A stretch of DNA of 64,000 nucleotides, from positions 34,432,792 through 34,496,791 of the forward strand of contig JARDVH010000115.1 of assembly GCA_030324005.1 (NCBI GenBank), given 5' to 3'. The DNA comes from Negaprion brevirostris. Taxonomy: Eukaryota. Position 1 is the first letter of the stretch. Every line of letters starts with the position of its first letter. The position numbers and the translations under genes were made by a program. This document shows positions 13,677 to 28,549 of the stretch, piece after piece. Below the pieces are notes generated by a model, which saw nothing but the letters and a program-made list of their open reading frames with translations, did not search any database and had not been told where the DNA came from.

Positions 13677-14529
13677 TTAAAGTAAATATGATCAAAAAAG
13701 TGATTCGTTCAAGGATGTTAAACACATGCATGAATGGCACAAATATGCCAGGCTCTAAATAAACTGTAGATCAATTAATTTCTGGACATCCTGGACAGTG
13801 TTAAAAAGCTTCAATTCAATTGGGAGATTTGATAATATTACAGATATTGACCTTACACAACCAGTTTTTAATTATTAGCCCCACATTAGCTCTTCTCAGC
13901 AATGGATCACGGTAATACACTTTGCCATTGGCTTTGACATCTATTTTCCTGCCACTTTTGTTATGATTTACTGCTTTGTACATCTTGAAGGTTGAAAATC
14001 AAATGAATGCAAAAGGAATTATACACTTTTAGCCAGTTGCAAAGTTTGACCTCAAGCTGGTAACAGACAATATCTGGTAGTATTACACTAAAAGACTCTG
14101 TAAAATTATATGGAGTCCTATATTATGATATACGACAGGCAATTTTAACATGAAACTTTTCAGCTGACTAAAACAGGACACAAATTTGTTCTGTAATGTA
14201 TATATCATGTAAAACAGGATTTAACTTGCTTGCCTTAGGCAAAGGCCAAAATCATTTATGGTCTGTTTATACATATCATGTCAATATCAGCTGAAAGTAC
14301 ACTGACAAAAGTAATTTAATAGTTTAGCTGATTTAAGTATTTTTTTAACATCAGGCTTAGGAGTAATGAAGAATTGCACATTCTCGAATCTTCAAATATT
14401 GCTGTTGAAACAATCTTTTTCAGCAATCTTCAAATACATAAATCTAAAACTTCAAACATTCTGAAAGTGAACCAAAATTGTAAAAGTAGTACACTTGGTG
14501 CGCTATTTGATGAGTTGTAAAATACTTCA

Positions 14530-14667
<138 letters not shown>

Positions 14668-15868
14668 TTAAACAGTTTTCCTTCCCTTTCTACTTACAGT
14701 GGTGCTTTAAACTTGGCATGAGATTTAGCCATTAATAATATACAAAGCAAAACCACATTTATAAGTAATTGTTATTAAAGAACCCATGTTCCACTTCAAT
14801 AAGCCCAAGAATAAAGGAACTGTGATTTCATCAGCTCCTACAAGACGTCAGGAATGGAAGGACATACAAATCTAGCAAAATGCCTGATAAGGGAGCGGCA
14901 AGTGCTTAAGAGTGGATATTATTATTCTCAAGCTGCTTTGTTCTGCTTAGGTTAAAAATGTTTGTTGTTGAATGAAGGGTTCAATGAAATATTCACAATA
15001 AAGACATAGCTCAAACAAGTCAAAATCAGATGAAGTACAACTTGCAAAAAATGTGGAAAAACAACACGCCCTGCAGAGTTGATGTTTAACATAAGCTCAA
15101 TGACTCAAAGTAGTAACATTTTTTCAACTGAAATGCATGTACCCCAGATTTGATCTTGATTACGTACATTAGATGCATGAACATGGAGTGGTTTTGTTAT
15201 TCACAAAAAGAGTGCTATAAAAACACATTTTAAAACCTGATCTTATTTTCTGTCTAAAGTTACTTGTTCAGTGAAGTCAGTGCTTGAAAATGTAAATTAA
15301 AGAATCGATTTACATTTGCTGTTTGTGAGATTCTGTGGTGATAGGTTAGCCACAATGTTTGCCTGCATTATTATACTTAAAAAATTAATTCATACAATGC
15401 AGTGCTTTAGGGTGTTAAAAATATCCATTAAGCAAACTCATTGAAGCTCACTGTTGAGAAAGCTTTTCTGAGATAACATATGATTAAAATTGCATAAAAT
15501 TATTTTGCCTTCCGATAGTTCTGAAGGGTTACGCATCATTACTAGTTTCATTTGCATAATTGTGAAGAAAAGCTAGCAAAGTTTAACTAGTTCATGTTGG
15601 AGAATATAGATTTTGAGCTGACATTGTGGGTGACACTAAAATGTAAAGCTCTATTTATGACTATATTGTTCGTACTTTTCACTGATATTAAATGATTTCC
15701 ATCCTGATCACTACAATCAGTACCGAGAAGGAATCAGAGCTATAGGTCCCAAAATCAAGGCAGTGACCATTAAAGGTCCAGTTTTGAAACTTGGAATGTC
15801 ATGAAGTTGTACTGTGTACAACGCAGTCCGTCACACGTAGTCTGTACACCACAAATCAATGTTACTTA

Positions 15869-16033
<165 letters not shown>

Positions 16034-17499
16034 TTATCCAAACTTTGCCGCTTGTTATTTCATCTTGTTGATAATCCTCCCATTTTGTAATATTAAAACA
16101 GGTTTTACTGTATGCAATTCCAAATCAGTTGAGTAAATAGGGATTACATGGTTAGTGGCATTGCCTAACTGCAGATATACTTGGAGATTGGCAGAGTACC
16201 TTTGTACACATAAAGAGTCACAAAAGATGGGAAGTAGAGGAAGAGAAAATAATGTTACAGCAAAACAATAAAAGTGACATCCAAGAATCTTCATAAATTT
16301 AAATACCCATACTTAATATCAAAGTACTGTTTAAAAAAGCACAAGCTATAAAATGATGTGGAAACGGTTTTTGATCAGGAAGTAAAATTACAGCAATTTT
16401 ATGATAAATATTAATTTTTCTACAAATCATATTAGTGGTTCCCCACCTTTTACCTGCCACGGCACACCTTTATCTTGAGGCATGCCTACGATATTCTCCA
16501 ACTGAGCTGCCCTCAAGCAAAAGTCTGAAAGCCAGTGATCTAGTACATATTGTCTCACATCAGGTAATTAAAATATCCAGTTTACATCAATCGCAGTCTG
16601 CACACTTTGTAATTTAACCAACTCGTTTGTCAGAATTGAACACAAATACTAAAGGTAACACGGCAAGTCAATAAAACTGCTTCACTTCTGTCAAAAATTC
16701 TTTGATACATGAAAAAATTAATAATTGTAACAGAAAGTTGCTTTCTCATTATCCAGTTTTTGTTGGTGGTGTGACTAAACCACTCTAAAGCCAAAAGCCT
16801 CTTGGAACACAGTTCAAAGAATTTCTGCAAAAAAACACTCTCAAGACAGATGTTCTTCCAAACCCAGTTCTGGGCAAAGCAGAATAACGAATGGCCTGGA
16901 TTACAAACACAATCATTACATTAGCATTGGAAGTTACTTAACTGCTTATAGTAATCCTGGAAACATAATCAGCCAATTAAATTCCTAGTGAGAGAAAAAT
17001 GTTGCTCATTGTGCAATGAGCTATGCCTTTCAAGTCAATGTGGAGACGACTGCCACTGCTACACTGCAGCTTACCAGCTGGTCACACCAATCCATCACTA
17101 TGGCAAGCCAATAAGATCACACAAGAACCAAANNNNNNNNNNNNNNNNNNNNNNNNNNNNNNNNNNNNNNNNNNNNNNNNNNNNNNNNNNNNNNNNNNNN
17201 NNNNNNNNNNNNNNNNNNNNNNNNNNNNNNNNNNNNNNNNNNNNNNNNNNNNNNNNNNNNNNNNNNNNNNNNNNNNNNNNNNNNNNNNNNNNNNNNNNNN
17301 NNNNNNNNNNNNNNNNNNNNNNNNNNNNNNNNNNNNNNNNNNNNNNNNNNNNNNNNNNNNNNNNNNNNNNNNNNNNNNNNNNNNNNNNNNNNNNNNNNNN
17401 NNNNNNNNNNNNNNNNNNNNNNNNNNNNNNNNNNNNNNNNNNNNNNNNNNNNNNNNNNNNNNNNNNNNNNNNNNNNNNNNNNNNCCAAGTGCTCAACCA

Positions 17500-18050
17500 G
17501 GTGTGCAGATCATACAACTACTCCTAGTTCCTCCACACCAACGCTTTAGTTAAGAAAGTCCATTAACGCCTTTACTTTCTCAGGAGGCTACTGAAACTTG
17601 GCATATCAGCTACGACTCTTACCAACTTTTATAGATGCACCATAGAAAGCATCCTTTCTGGTTGTATCACAGCTTGGTATGGCTCCTGCTCTGCCCAAGA
17701 CGGCAAGAAATTACAAAGGGTTGTGAATGAAGCCCAGTACATCATGCAAACCCGCATTCCATCCACTGACTCTGTCTACACTTTCCGCTGCCTCGGTAAA
17801 GCAGCCAGCGTAATCAAGAATCCCACACATCCCAGACATACTTTCTTCCATCATCTTCTGTCAGGGAAAAGATACAAAAGTCTGAAGTCATGCAGCAACA
17901 AACTCAAAAACAGCTTCTTCCCTGCTGCCATCAGACTTCTGAATGGACCTACCTCATCAGATTGATCTTTCTCTACACACTAGCTATGAATGTAGCACTA
18001 CGTTCTGTAGCCTCTCCTTTTCCTTCTCCATGTACAGTATGCTTTGTAAG
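17500..18050 (+). mobile_element. Rex1/Babar-like LINE ORF 3' region
   Basis: RLYFLRRL..LTNFYRCTIESILSGCITAWYGSC...KNSFFPAAIRLLN coding (DUF1891-like region); a shorter copy is at ~36450-36645. Confidence 0.75.
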
Positions 18051-18051
18051 C

Positions 18052-18570
18052 TACATTTTAAAAGGATATGAGGCAACTCATCTCCACTATCCTCCCAGGC
18101 AATGCATTCCAGACTGTCACCACACTGGGTAAAAATGCTTTTCCTTACGCACCCCCTAAACCTTCTGCCACTTTCCTTGAATCTATACTCCGTCATAATG
18201 CGCCCTTCAACTATGGGGAACAGCCGCTCCCTATCCATGCGACTCAATCTTGTACATCTTGATCAGGTCGCCCCTCAGTCATCTCTACTCCAATGAAAAC
18301 AATCCCAGTCTATACTTCTTTACATAACTTAAATATTCCATCCCAGGCAGCATCCTGGTGAATCGCCTCCGCATCCCCTCCACAGCAATCACATCCTTCC
18401 AATAATGTAGCGACCAGAACTTCAGCTATGGCCTCAGCAAAGTTCTATACAACTCCAACATGACCTCCTTGCTTTTGTAATCTATGTCTTGATTGATAAA
18501 GGTAAGTGTCCCAATGTGCCCTTTTCGCCACCCTTGCGCCTTCGGAGAGCTGTGGACAAACATGCTGAGA
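18052..18570 (-). mobile_element. CR1 LINE 3' fragment
   Basis: Minus-strand MDRERLFPIVEG...YRFKESGRRFRGCVRKSIFTQ, typical of the CR1 ORF2 C-terminus. Confidence 0.75.
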
Positions 18571-21500
18571 TTTTCCTCCTTTCTCTCAGCCCTGACTCAA
18601 TGTTAATCTTCTGGCACCAACAGGTTAAGAGGTCACTCTGGAAAGGGCCCCTTGACCCAACAGTGCACTCCTCCCACACTGTCAGACCCCTCATGCAGAT
18701 TTGCTTCTACTTTTGATTTAAAGCTGTACTATTAGTTTGAGTGAACAAGATGCTGGTTCTGCACTTTTACCTCAGGACCAGCTTTGATACTCCCTCTCTC
18801 ACTGCATCCCAGAAAGCTACCTGGAACCTCATTATGTGAAGGTACACGTCCCTTCTATTATTCATTTATTATTCATTCATGGGATGTGAAAATCGCTGGC
18901 TGGGCATTTATTGTCCTTCCCCAATTGCCCTTGAACTGAGTGGCTTGCTCAGCCAATTCAGGAGGGTATTTATGAGTCAACCACATTGCTGTGGATCTGG
19001 AGTCACATGTTGGCCAGGTTGGGTAAGGATTTCCCTCCCTAAAGTACATTAGTAAACCAGGTAGGTTTTTACAACAAATCTGTTTCATGANNNNNNNNNN
19101 NNNNNNNNNNNNNNNNNNNNNNNNNNNNNNNNNNNNNNNNNNNNNNNNNNNNNNNNNNNNNNNNNNNNNNNNNNNNNNNNNNNNNNNNNNTCTAGATGGA
19201 AAATGGGGTGGGGGTGGGTGGGAGAGAGGGGTTGGGAAGGGAAAGTGTAAGAGATCCTCGGAGACTGAAGTCCCTTCACCAAAATTCCTTTATTTACAAG
19301 ATCCACCAACACTACAGAGTGCTTTCTGTATGCAGTCTACATTCGGAGTGCCAAAGGAACTGACATTCCTGGTTACATACAGAGCATGGGGCTCTCTATT
19401 GGACCATCAATTTGGCCCTTAATCAGGGAGTTCATATTCAAAGCCGCCAACCTCAATTAAAATCAGGAAGTGAACAATTTTACTGAGCTATGTTCTGTCA
19501 CCCAGGAATCCCTGAAAAACCTCAGATGCCACGTTGGTCTCAAACATTTTTCAGACATCTGGAGTGCTCGCTCGCCGAACACAAGTGCTCGGCCTTCTCA
19601 CGTATGCGCACATGAGGAGCCTAACCCTTAATTTAGCACCTCTCAGGATAGCTGGTTGCCCTGTGCAGAGTCGGCACTGGGCTTTCTCTACCCAGTGTAG
19701 ATCCACCCAACAGGCCAGAAAGCAAGCGAGCACGTTTCTTTAAATGAGGAGCAGTTAGGTTCCTCCAGCACCCATGGCGTCCACAGTCAGACCCTCCCCC
19801 ACCCTCTGAAAGCTTCACCTTCCCTCACGTTTCTCCAAGTACAGGCTGCTGATGCTCCCATAACCATCACAATTCCATCTGTAGACAAGTACAAAGCCAG
19901 ACAAGCGAAATGGATATGGACTGTTAAACTGCCCTATTCACCAAGCTGTACCTCATCACAACTGAGCACACAGTCCTTGTGCCACCCAGGAGTAGCAGTC
20001 CAATGTGCATGCCATGGCCTGTAGTATGACCAGCTACCCCATAAGATTGTCTCTAACTACGGGTCCAAGATCATATTTAATGAACATTCATGAGATAGTA
20101 ATGAATCATTCATGTCACTACTTGGGGAATACCCAGTCTGCCAATAACCCACCGCTGGGAGAATTGCAAACCGCTTTTATGCCAAGGGGCTTCCGGCTTT
20201 TTGGCTCCTGCCTGCCACAAAACCTGCCATGGGCAGGATGGGAACAGCTCACATCATCAGTTAGTGACCTGTCCTGAAATGAAGTCAAGAGAAATCTCAG
20301 CTGCAAATACTCTTCTGACTCACTGTCACATGTGAATGAAGAGTAGAATGGAACTATAAACCGACGTTGTTAGTGCATTCAAGAGATGAGGGCTAAGGGG
20401 GCAAAAAGAAAGTACTATTTTGCAGTTAACTTAAATTATTGTAGATTCTGTTGTATAAAAAGTAAAAAGCAAACCTTTATTTACCCAAAAGCTGATTGAA
20501 GTCCTGTATTAATTTAATGCAAATCAGATTGAAAATGTTCTATATGCCTCAAGCATATAAACAATTTAAAAATATAGAAATGCAGAATGTATGGTACATA
20601 TCGCTTTGATCAACTTACATTAACTTAGCAACCCAAATCAAACTGCTGAAACTATAATTGAAAGATTCATTAGCTGAGACCTGATTTACATCAATGTTTA
20701 CTACAGTATATTGACTGAACAAACACTCTCAACTGGGAAGGGAACCAACTCAATTTCCACTTCCGCCACTCTTTTGCACAGTGAGAGACTTTTTACACTT
20801 TGAACAGGAAGCTTTATTGGCAAGCACTTCAACATGCCCAAACAACAGACTAAATAAAATACAGTAATCTGAAGTGGTCAGATTTTCAACCTTAACATTT
20901 GGTAGAAAAAAACTAATATTTCCTGCATATAGAATACAAGCATTTCCCTTCTTGTGTCCCTTTGTAAATATCAGTTCTTATATTTCTAATGAGATTTCCT
21001 TTTTGCCCACCTACTGAAAGACACAAACATCAGATCTGAATCTCAACTGGTTGTGAACAAACTAAATACTAGTTACTTGATAGCGATAAGTTGTTCTTCA
21101 GTAAACGTGACACTAATTCTTTGGACTATTGGGTGACTGATTATTTTTCCAAACTTTTGGAGCTAAACAGGTCCTTTCATAGGTGAAAAATGGACAGGAG
21201 TGTTATTTCGTGCAGACTAAAAGCATCAGATTACAATGAAAAGCATTTTGACAGGCAAAACAGTACAGATTACAAACAGGCATTAGCTTTAAAATGTACA
21301 ATGAAAACAAAGAACACCATAGGAACACTGCTAGATTTCCCTGCCCAAAATAAAAGTACTCAATTTTTTCAGTAAACACATTTACGTGCAATCTAAATTG
21401 AACGCACAGTAATCTCTCAATCCAGAATGCTTGTGACCAAGTCATTCCTAGATTTTGGAATTTTCCAGATTATAGCATGATGTTAGAATGCCTAACCACA

Positions 21501-21707
21501 ATTGTGCGAAATGGAAAAGACTACATACTTGCCTGCTGCATAAACAATTATAAAACAATAATAAAAAAGTGGTTAGTTATTCAAATACTGATATACCTTC
21601 CATGTTTCCATTCCCAAAGTACTTCACTAAAATGACAAAGTCAATTGCTTGGATCTGCTCTAAAATCTTCTGGATAACTAGTGTTTCTGAACAATAGTTT
21701 TCCAGTG

Positions 21708-23100
21708 ACTGTTCCCAAATACTTAGACAAGGAGTCTAACCATCAGCAAGTCGTGCACATCATGTGCTGCACTTTTCAAAACGCATAATGTAAATTTATT
21801 TATTAGTGTCACAAGAAGGCTCACACTGACACTGCACTGAAGTTACTGTGAAAATCCTCTAGTCTGCACTAGTCTGTCCTTCTGCACTCTGGCCCCTGTT
21901 CAGGTACACTGAGGGAGAACTTAGCACGGCCAATCCACCTAAACAGCACGTCTTTTGGATTGTGGGAATAAACCGGAGCACTGGAAGGAAGCCACGCAGG
22001 CACTGGGAGAACGTGCAAACTCCACACAGTGACCCAAGCCAGGAATCACACTCAAGTCCCGGGCAATGTGAGATAGGGCTGCTAACCGCTGTGCCATCGC
22101 GCCACACATTGCATCTTATAATAGAAAGTGTGCATATTCTGATGTTTATTTTACCTTGTTTATTGTAGTATTAATTCGAAAAGAATGAATCCTGGATACA
22201 GTAGCAGTATCATTCCAGACTGGAGAGACTACAGTGTATGAGGAGTTTCTAGAACTATATATTTTTGAAAAAAGATGAATCACTCTTGACCAAGAAAGTC
22301 CACCAGTTCCAGTGGTAGGTACGCCATGAAACATGACAAATAATTTTCCAGGATAATTTATAAATAATAATTGTATTTTGCTGTACTTACCTTTGCCCTG
22401 ATGTGCTTTTATTTGACTCTTTTTCACATTCCATGACTGTACAACTAATATTTAATAATTCTGGAGGCCAGAAGAGTTGAACAAAGCATTGAGTACAAAG
22501 TTAATAGTTCTGAATACAGCCATAAAATTACGTTGGAAAATTGGGTTTGTACTTCTCTAAAAACAAACATATAACTAATAATAACTTAATCTTCACATTA
22601 GAAGTTCATATTGTAGTAAAACACCCCAAAATAATACTGGTACTGCATCCAGGATTCATTCTTTTTGAATTAATATTACAATAAATGATGAACATCAGAA
22701 TATGCATATTTTCTCTTATAAGATGAAATGTGCGGCGTGATGGCACAGCAGTTAGCACCGCTGCCTCACATTGCCAGGAACATGGCTTCGGTTGCTGTCT
22801 ATGTGGAGTTTGTACGCTCTCCTAATGTCTACGTGGCTCCCTCTGGGTGTTCCAGTTTCCTCCCACAGTTCAAGAGACGTGCTGGTTAGGTGCATTGGCC
22901 ATGCTAAATTCTCCCTCACGTACCTGAACATGGGCTGGAGTGTGGCGACTAGCAGATTTTCACAGTTGCTTCATTGCAGTATTAATGTGAGCCTTCTTGT
23001 GATGCTAATAAATAAATTTAAATTATGTGTTTGGAAAGTGCAACAGATTATGTGCAAGACTTGCTGATGGTTAGACGCTTACAAAGTATTTGAGAACAGT
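21708..23100. repeat. Inverted duplication (arms ~21708-22215 and ~22630-23100), each arm containing a SINE plus non-SINE flanks
   Basis: For example CTAACCATCAGCAAGTC (21737) vs GACTTGCTGATGGTTAG (23058), and AAGAATGAATCCTGGAT (~22181) vs ATCCAGGATTCATTCTT (~22647). Confidence 0.9.
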
Positions 23101-23796
23101 GATTTTATTTTCTAAAATAACTGAGACAAGAGGCATTTCTCAGTTGTAACAATGTTATGATCAGCTTATTTGCACTTACACTAAGTGTCTTAGCTGATAT
23201 CTGAAGAGCCCAATTGTAATTTTTACTTTATCCTATCCAAGTTCCTTCCTTTGTGTACCAAATATGTCGGAATAAGAAATAGGAATAGGCCATTTGGCCC
23301 ATTGAGCCTGCTGTACCATTCAATAAGATCTTGGTTGATCTGATTGTGGCTTTAACGTCACCTTCCTGTCTACCCAACAAATCCTTGACTCCTTGTCGAT
23401 CAAAATCTGTCCAAATTGGCCTATTCTTTGACTTAGCCTCCAATGCTGTCTATGGAAGAGAATTTTAAAGATTAACAACCACATATAACAAAATAAATTC
23501 CTCCTCGTTTCTGTCTTAAATAGGAGATCTTTCACTCAGTGGGTGGTGGGTGAGTGGAATCAGCTGCCATCGGTGGTGGAGGCGAACTCGCTGGGGTGTT
23601 TTAAGAGACTTCTGGATGAGTACATGGGATTTAATGAGGTTGAGGGTTATAGATAGCCGAGTAGGTAGGGATATGATCAGTGCAACTTGTGGGCCGAAGG
23701 GCCTGTTTGTGCTGTAGTTTTCCATGTTCTATTTTGTATTTTTTAAGCTGTGCGTGCCCACCCCTGTAAATTTTTCCCCACAAAGAGAAATATCTT

Positions 23797-24108
23797 TGGC
23801 ACAGTGGTTAGCACTGCTGCCTCACAGTGCCAGGGACCCAGGTTTGATTCCCGGCTTGGGTCACTGTCTGCATGGACTTTGCACATTCTCCCTGTGTCTG
23901 CGTGGATTTCCTCCAGATGCTCCAGTTTCCTCCCACAGTCCAAAGATGTGTGGATTAGGTGGATTGGCCATGCTAAATTGCCTCTTACTGAAAGGAGAAG
24001 TAGTAGGGTAAATGAATGGGTTATGGGGATAGGTCCTGAGTGGGATTGTAGTCGGTGCAGACTTGATGGGCCAAATGGCCCCCTTCTGCACTGTAGGATT
24101 CTATGATC
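23797..24108 (+). mobile_element. HE1-like SINE, tail A (well preserved)
   Basis: GGCACAGTGGTTAGCACTGCTGCCTCACAGTGCCAGGGACCCAGGTTTGATTCCCGGC (Pol III A/B boxes) through to the CR1-like tail. Confidence 0.9.
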
Positions 24109-24534
24109 CTCTCAGCATGTACACTCTCAAGCCTTCCTGAATCTTTTATTTCAACAGGGTCACCATTTTCTCAATGACAGTTTTTAATAAGCCATTCACT
24201 AGCAGGGGTGCAGCTGAAGTTGGGGCCAAACAATCTTAAGCTTCCTCAATGTTTCAACATTCCCTAATAACCTCAAATGTTGCCCAGTATAGAATTTTAG
24301 CTTTGCGCTGGTAAGCATAAAATTGTTTTAAATTGAATCTTTAATATAGTTGATTAGTCAGGACTAGTAAAATTAAATGCTGGCTCTTGCTACAGTCATG
24401 CTTTGATTAGGGCATTTTAGGACTTTGTGCTGCCATCAACACAAAAATGTTTGTTTCAGAATTGAATCTAATTTTTATGATTGCCACTAAATAGCTTATG
24501 AAGAACAGCACAGTAACCAGGTGAACACACAAAG

Positions 24535-24825
24535 TAAAGTTTATTTATTAGTGTCACAAATAGGCTTACACATCAATGAAGTTACTGTGAAAATCATCTA
24601 GTTGCCACATTCCGGTGCCTGTTCGGGTACACAGAGAGAATTTAGCATGTCCAATGCATCTAACCAGCACGTCTNNNNNNNNNNNNNNNNNNNNNNNNNN
24701 NNNNNNNNNNNNNNNATGCAGACACAGGGAGAATGTGCAGACTGCACACAGACACTAACCCAATCTGGGAATCAAACATGGACTCCTGGTGCTGTGAGGC
24801 TGCAGCGCTAATCACTGTGCCACCG
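24535..24825 (-). mobile_element. HE1/V-SINE-like element, tail B (contains an N gap)
   Basis: Reverse complement of the SINE head and type B tail. Confidence 0.85.
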
Positions 24826-25459
24826 GAATTTAATGAATGTACAATATATATAGTGTTATGTGTACAGTGAACAAAATATCACTATACAAGATATGTATAA
24901 ATGTAATGTGGCCTTGTAATCCTACCGATTACCTACTTTCTCAATATAGTAACATTGTGCAAAATATCTGAAGTAAAAAGTGATACCTCGGCAATACATA
25001 GCTTGTGCCAGATATACATAAATAGCTCAGCAGTTGGCATGGTTTGATACTCAGTCAAACTTTTCGTATGTTCGCCAACACACAAAAAAAAACTGATTCA
25101 TTATAAGTTGGCATATTTATTGCAAATGTCAACCCATTCTTAGCAACAGCAGCATTAAGAAAACAGATCATTGCTAGCTTCCAATGTGCTGCTTATTTAG
25201 TAGTAGTTCTGGATTGGTGTTCCTGTTTACTTTAGGTAATGAAACCAAGAAATACACCACACCATTTATCTTATGTCAGAATGTTAAGCAAATACAGATT
25301 TATCTCCTGACCAAAGTGAATTACGTTTACATTCACAATTATCCACACAGATGCAATATTTAATACAACTGGCAGCTACTGACCAACGTGCCAATTACAC
25401 TACTTGGAGATCTGTTGTTTGGTTGCTAATCAACATCTATACAAATATAAAAAGTTAAC

Positions 25460-25763
25460 AGATACCCTACAGAGCAGAAAAAGGACCTTCGGCCCATTGA
25501 GTCTGCATTGACCACAATCCCACCCAGGCCCTACCCCCACATCCCTACATATTTTTACCCTCTAACCCACACATCTTAGGCCACTGAGGGGCAATTTAGC
25601 ATGGCCAATCAACCTAACCCGCACATCTTTGGATTGTGGGAGGAAATTGGAGCACCCAGAGGAAACCCACGCAGACATGAGGAGAATCTGACCCAAGCCG
25701 GGAATCGAACCCAAGTCCCTGGAGCTGTGAAGCAGCAGTGCTAACCACTGTGCTACCATGCCG
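25460..25763 (-). mobile_element. HE1-like SINE, tail A
   Basis: Reverse complement with an intact B box (GGGTTCGATTCCCGGC). Confidence 0.88.
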
Positions 25764-28549
25764 GTAAAACAAATATTGCAATAGAACTAGAATGCAGAGA
25801 CTGATAGAAATATGCTGCACTAAAATTACCTTTGCTAATAAAAATACAAATTTGCTGATTGATTTTACAATCACTAGAAAAATTTAAAGTTTTAAACCAA
25901 TCACAAGAAAATTATATTGCATTTCATGAAACCCTTCTTAAAATCTAGGCTCTCTCTCTATTATCTAATTACTGTTAACACGATGTCTAATTGAGATGAC
26001 AAAGAGATTAATAACAAACAACAGAGAAACAGTGTGGAAAAGAGGAAAAATGTTCTGCAGTGGCACTGCAGATATTTGGCAATGAAGCAAATGACATGAA
26101 AACTTCAGAAATGTAAAGACATCCATTTCTTCAATACAGCAAAAATATTAAAACTATCAAAATGAAAGTGGAAAAAATGTTGATCGTATCATGTTATAAA
26201 GTAACAAATGCCAATGCCAACAGAATGTTCAGTTTTACAAGTTTATCCATAATTTATTGGTCTGGAGACGCAAGACTGACACTCTAGAAAGCATTGGCAA
26301 AGACACACCGAGTACTGTGTCCAATTGTGGTGTCCACTTATGAAAAGACATAGCCACTGAAAAACATTCAAAGTGGATAATGCCAGGACTTAAAACTATA
26401 CAGGAAAGGCCAAGGTGGACTTGCTATGGAATATAAAATACAAAGACAAAGTATAAGGAAGGAAAGAGTCAAGGATGAATGTTGGACATATCTGTTACCT
26501 ACAAGGAACAATCTCTTCTGGAGTTCCAACTTTTATAAATTAAAAACGTAATTGCTCCAGATGAACAGATAATGCACACAAGTCTATACATTTACATTCA
26601 TTACTGTGAAAAGAGCTCCAAGCATTATCACTAAGGGAATCCGTAAGATGGATTGTGAAAACTGTGGTGATCCTGGGAGACATAACTAAAACCACAAGCA
26701 AAACATAGTTTCTGGAGTGACTATGTTACATTCAAATTTTTAAAGATAATTTTAAGGATGTGTTCATTTATTACCCCTCTATAGTTGCCGAGAAGGTATA
26801 GTGAGCTGCTATCTTGAACTGATTCAGNNNNNNNNNNNNNNNNNNNNNNNNNNNNNNNNNNNNNNNNNNNNNNNNNNNNNNNNNNNNNNNNNNNNNNNNN
26901 NNNNNNNNNNNNNNNNNNNNNNNNNNNNNNNNNNNNNNNNNNNNNNNNNNNNNNNNNNNNNNNNNNNNNNNNNNNNNNNNNNNNNNNNNNNNNNNNNNNN
27001 NNNNNNNNNNNNNNNNNNNNNNNNNNNNNNNNNNNNNNNNNNNNNNNNNNNNNNNNNNNNNNNNNNNNNNNNNNNNNNNNNNNNNNNNNNNNNNNNNNNN
27101 NNNNNNNNNNNNNNNNNNNNNNNNNNNNNNNNNNNNNNNNNNNNNNNNNNNNNNNNNNNNNNNNNNNNNNNNNNNNNNNNNNNNNNNNNNNNNNNNNNNN
27201 NNNNNNNNNNNNNNNNNNNNNNNNNNNNNNNNNNNNNNNNNNNNNNNNNNNNNNNNNNNNNNNNNNNNNNNNNNNNNNNNNNNNNNNNNNNNNNNNNNNN
27301 NNNNNNNNNNNNNNNNNNNNNNNNNNNNNNNNNNNNNNNNNNNNNNNNNNNNNNNNNNNNNNNNNNNNNNNNNNNNNNNNNNNNNNNNNNNNNNNNNNNN
27401 NNNNNNNNNNNNNNNNNNNNNNNNNNNNNNNNNNNNNNNNNNNNNNNNNNNNNNNNNNNNNNNNNNNNNNNNNNNNNNNNNNNNNNNNNNNNNNNNNNNN
27501 NNNNNNNNNNNNGATTCAGTCGTAAGCTACTGGATTGTTATTCTTTCATGGATGTGGGTGTCACTGGCTAGGCCAACATTTTTATTGCCTCTACCTAATT
27601 GTCTTTGAGAACCCAGTGGCTTCCACTTCAGAGAGTGATTAAGAATTACTGTGTGGACTGCAGTGACACGTTGGCCAGGCAGGTAAGGGCAAGTTTCTTT
27701 CAAAAATGTGTCATTGGCGAATCAAAGGGGGTTTTACAACAACCAAAACCTTCATGTTCACTTTTACTGACATAAGCTTTTTATTTCCAGATTGCTTAAA
27801 ATTGAATTCAAATGAGATTTGAACTTAAATTCTGTTGATTAGTCCAGATTTCTGGATGATTAATTAGTCCTGGTGATGAATCAAAGTGCAAACTGGCACT
27901 CGGTTCTTCTGAGGTTAGATGAACATTCCATCAGCAAGTTCCAAATAAGATATGACTTCACTGTTATGTTTACATAAACAGATTTCCAATGTTACCATTA
28001 CTTTGTATCTTTCATATTTGCAGCACTTGTTGTCCGGTGGAATAGAATGATTTGCTCAAAAAAGTCAACACAACCACAACAGAGAATGGTTTTGATCCAA
28101 TGACACTTATACAGCATCATTCTGCCATCCAAGAAATCTCCACTGATTCTAATCAATTTCCAATTAAAGAATTGTAGCAACAATGAATCTTTTATTAAAT
28201 CCCACATGAAGGTGCACCTGACAAGTTATTGTTAATATGGAAGCCATTTTGACCAGTTTTCATTATCCATTGAGCAATTTAATTCACTCAGGGTGAATTA
28301 AAACAGAATGCAATCAATTCTGGCTTTGATCTTCCTGGCACCAGCACTTCCACCTTTGTGCGCAAACAAAACAAGGGACCAGGATCTTCTTCCCACAAAG
28401 CCAGAAGCAGGCTCCAGTTAAGAACGTTTTTACAATTCTACCTTTTTCTAATACCTTCATCGTCTTATTCGGTCCCAAATTCAAATCCTCATCCAGTTAT
28501 TGCTATAATTACTGACCCATTAAACTTATCATCAGTTTGGCACACTAAT

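Noticed and set aside
23797-23870. SINE heads as tRNA genes
   Set aside because: They have A/B boxes but no cloverleaf and continue into SINE core and tail
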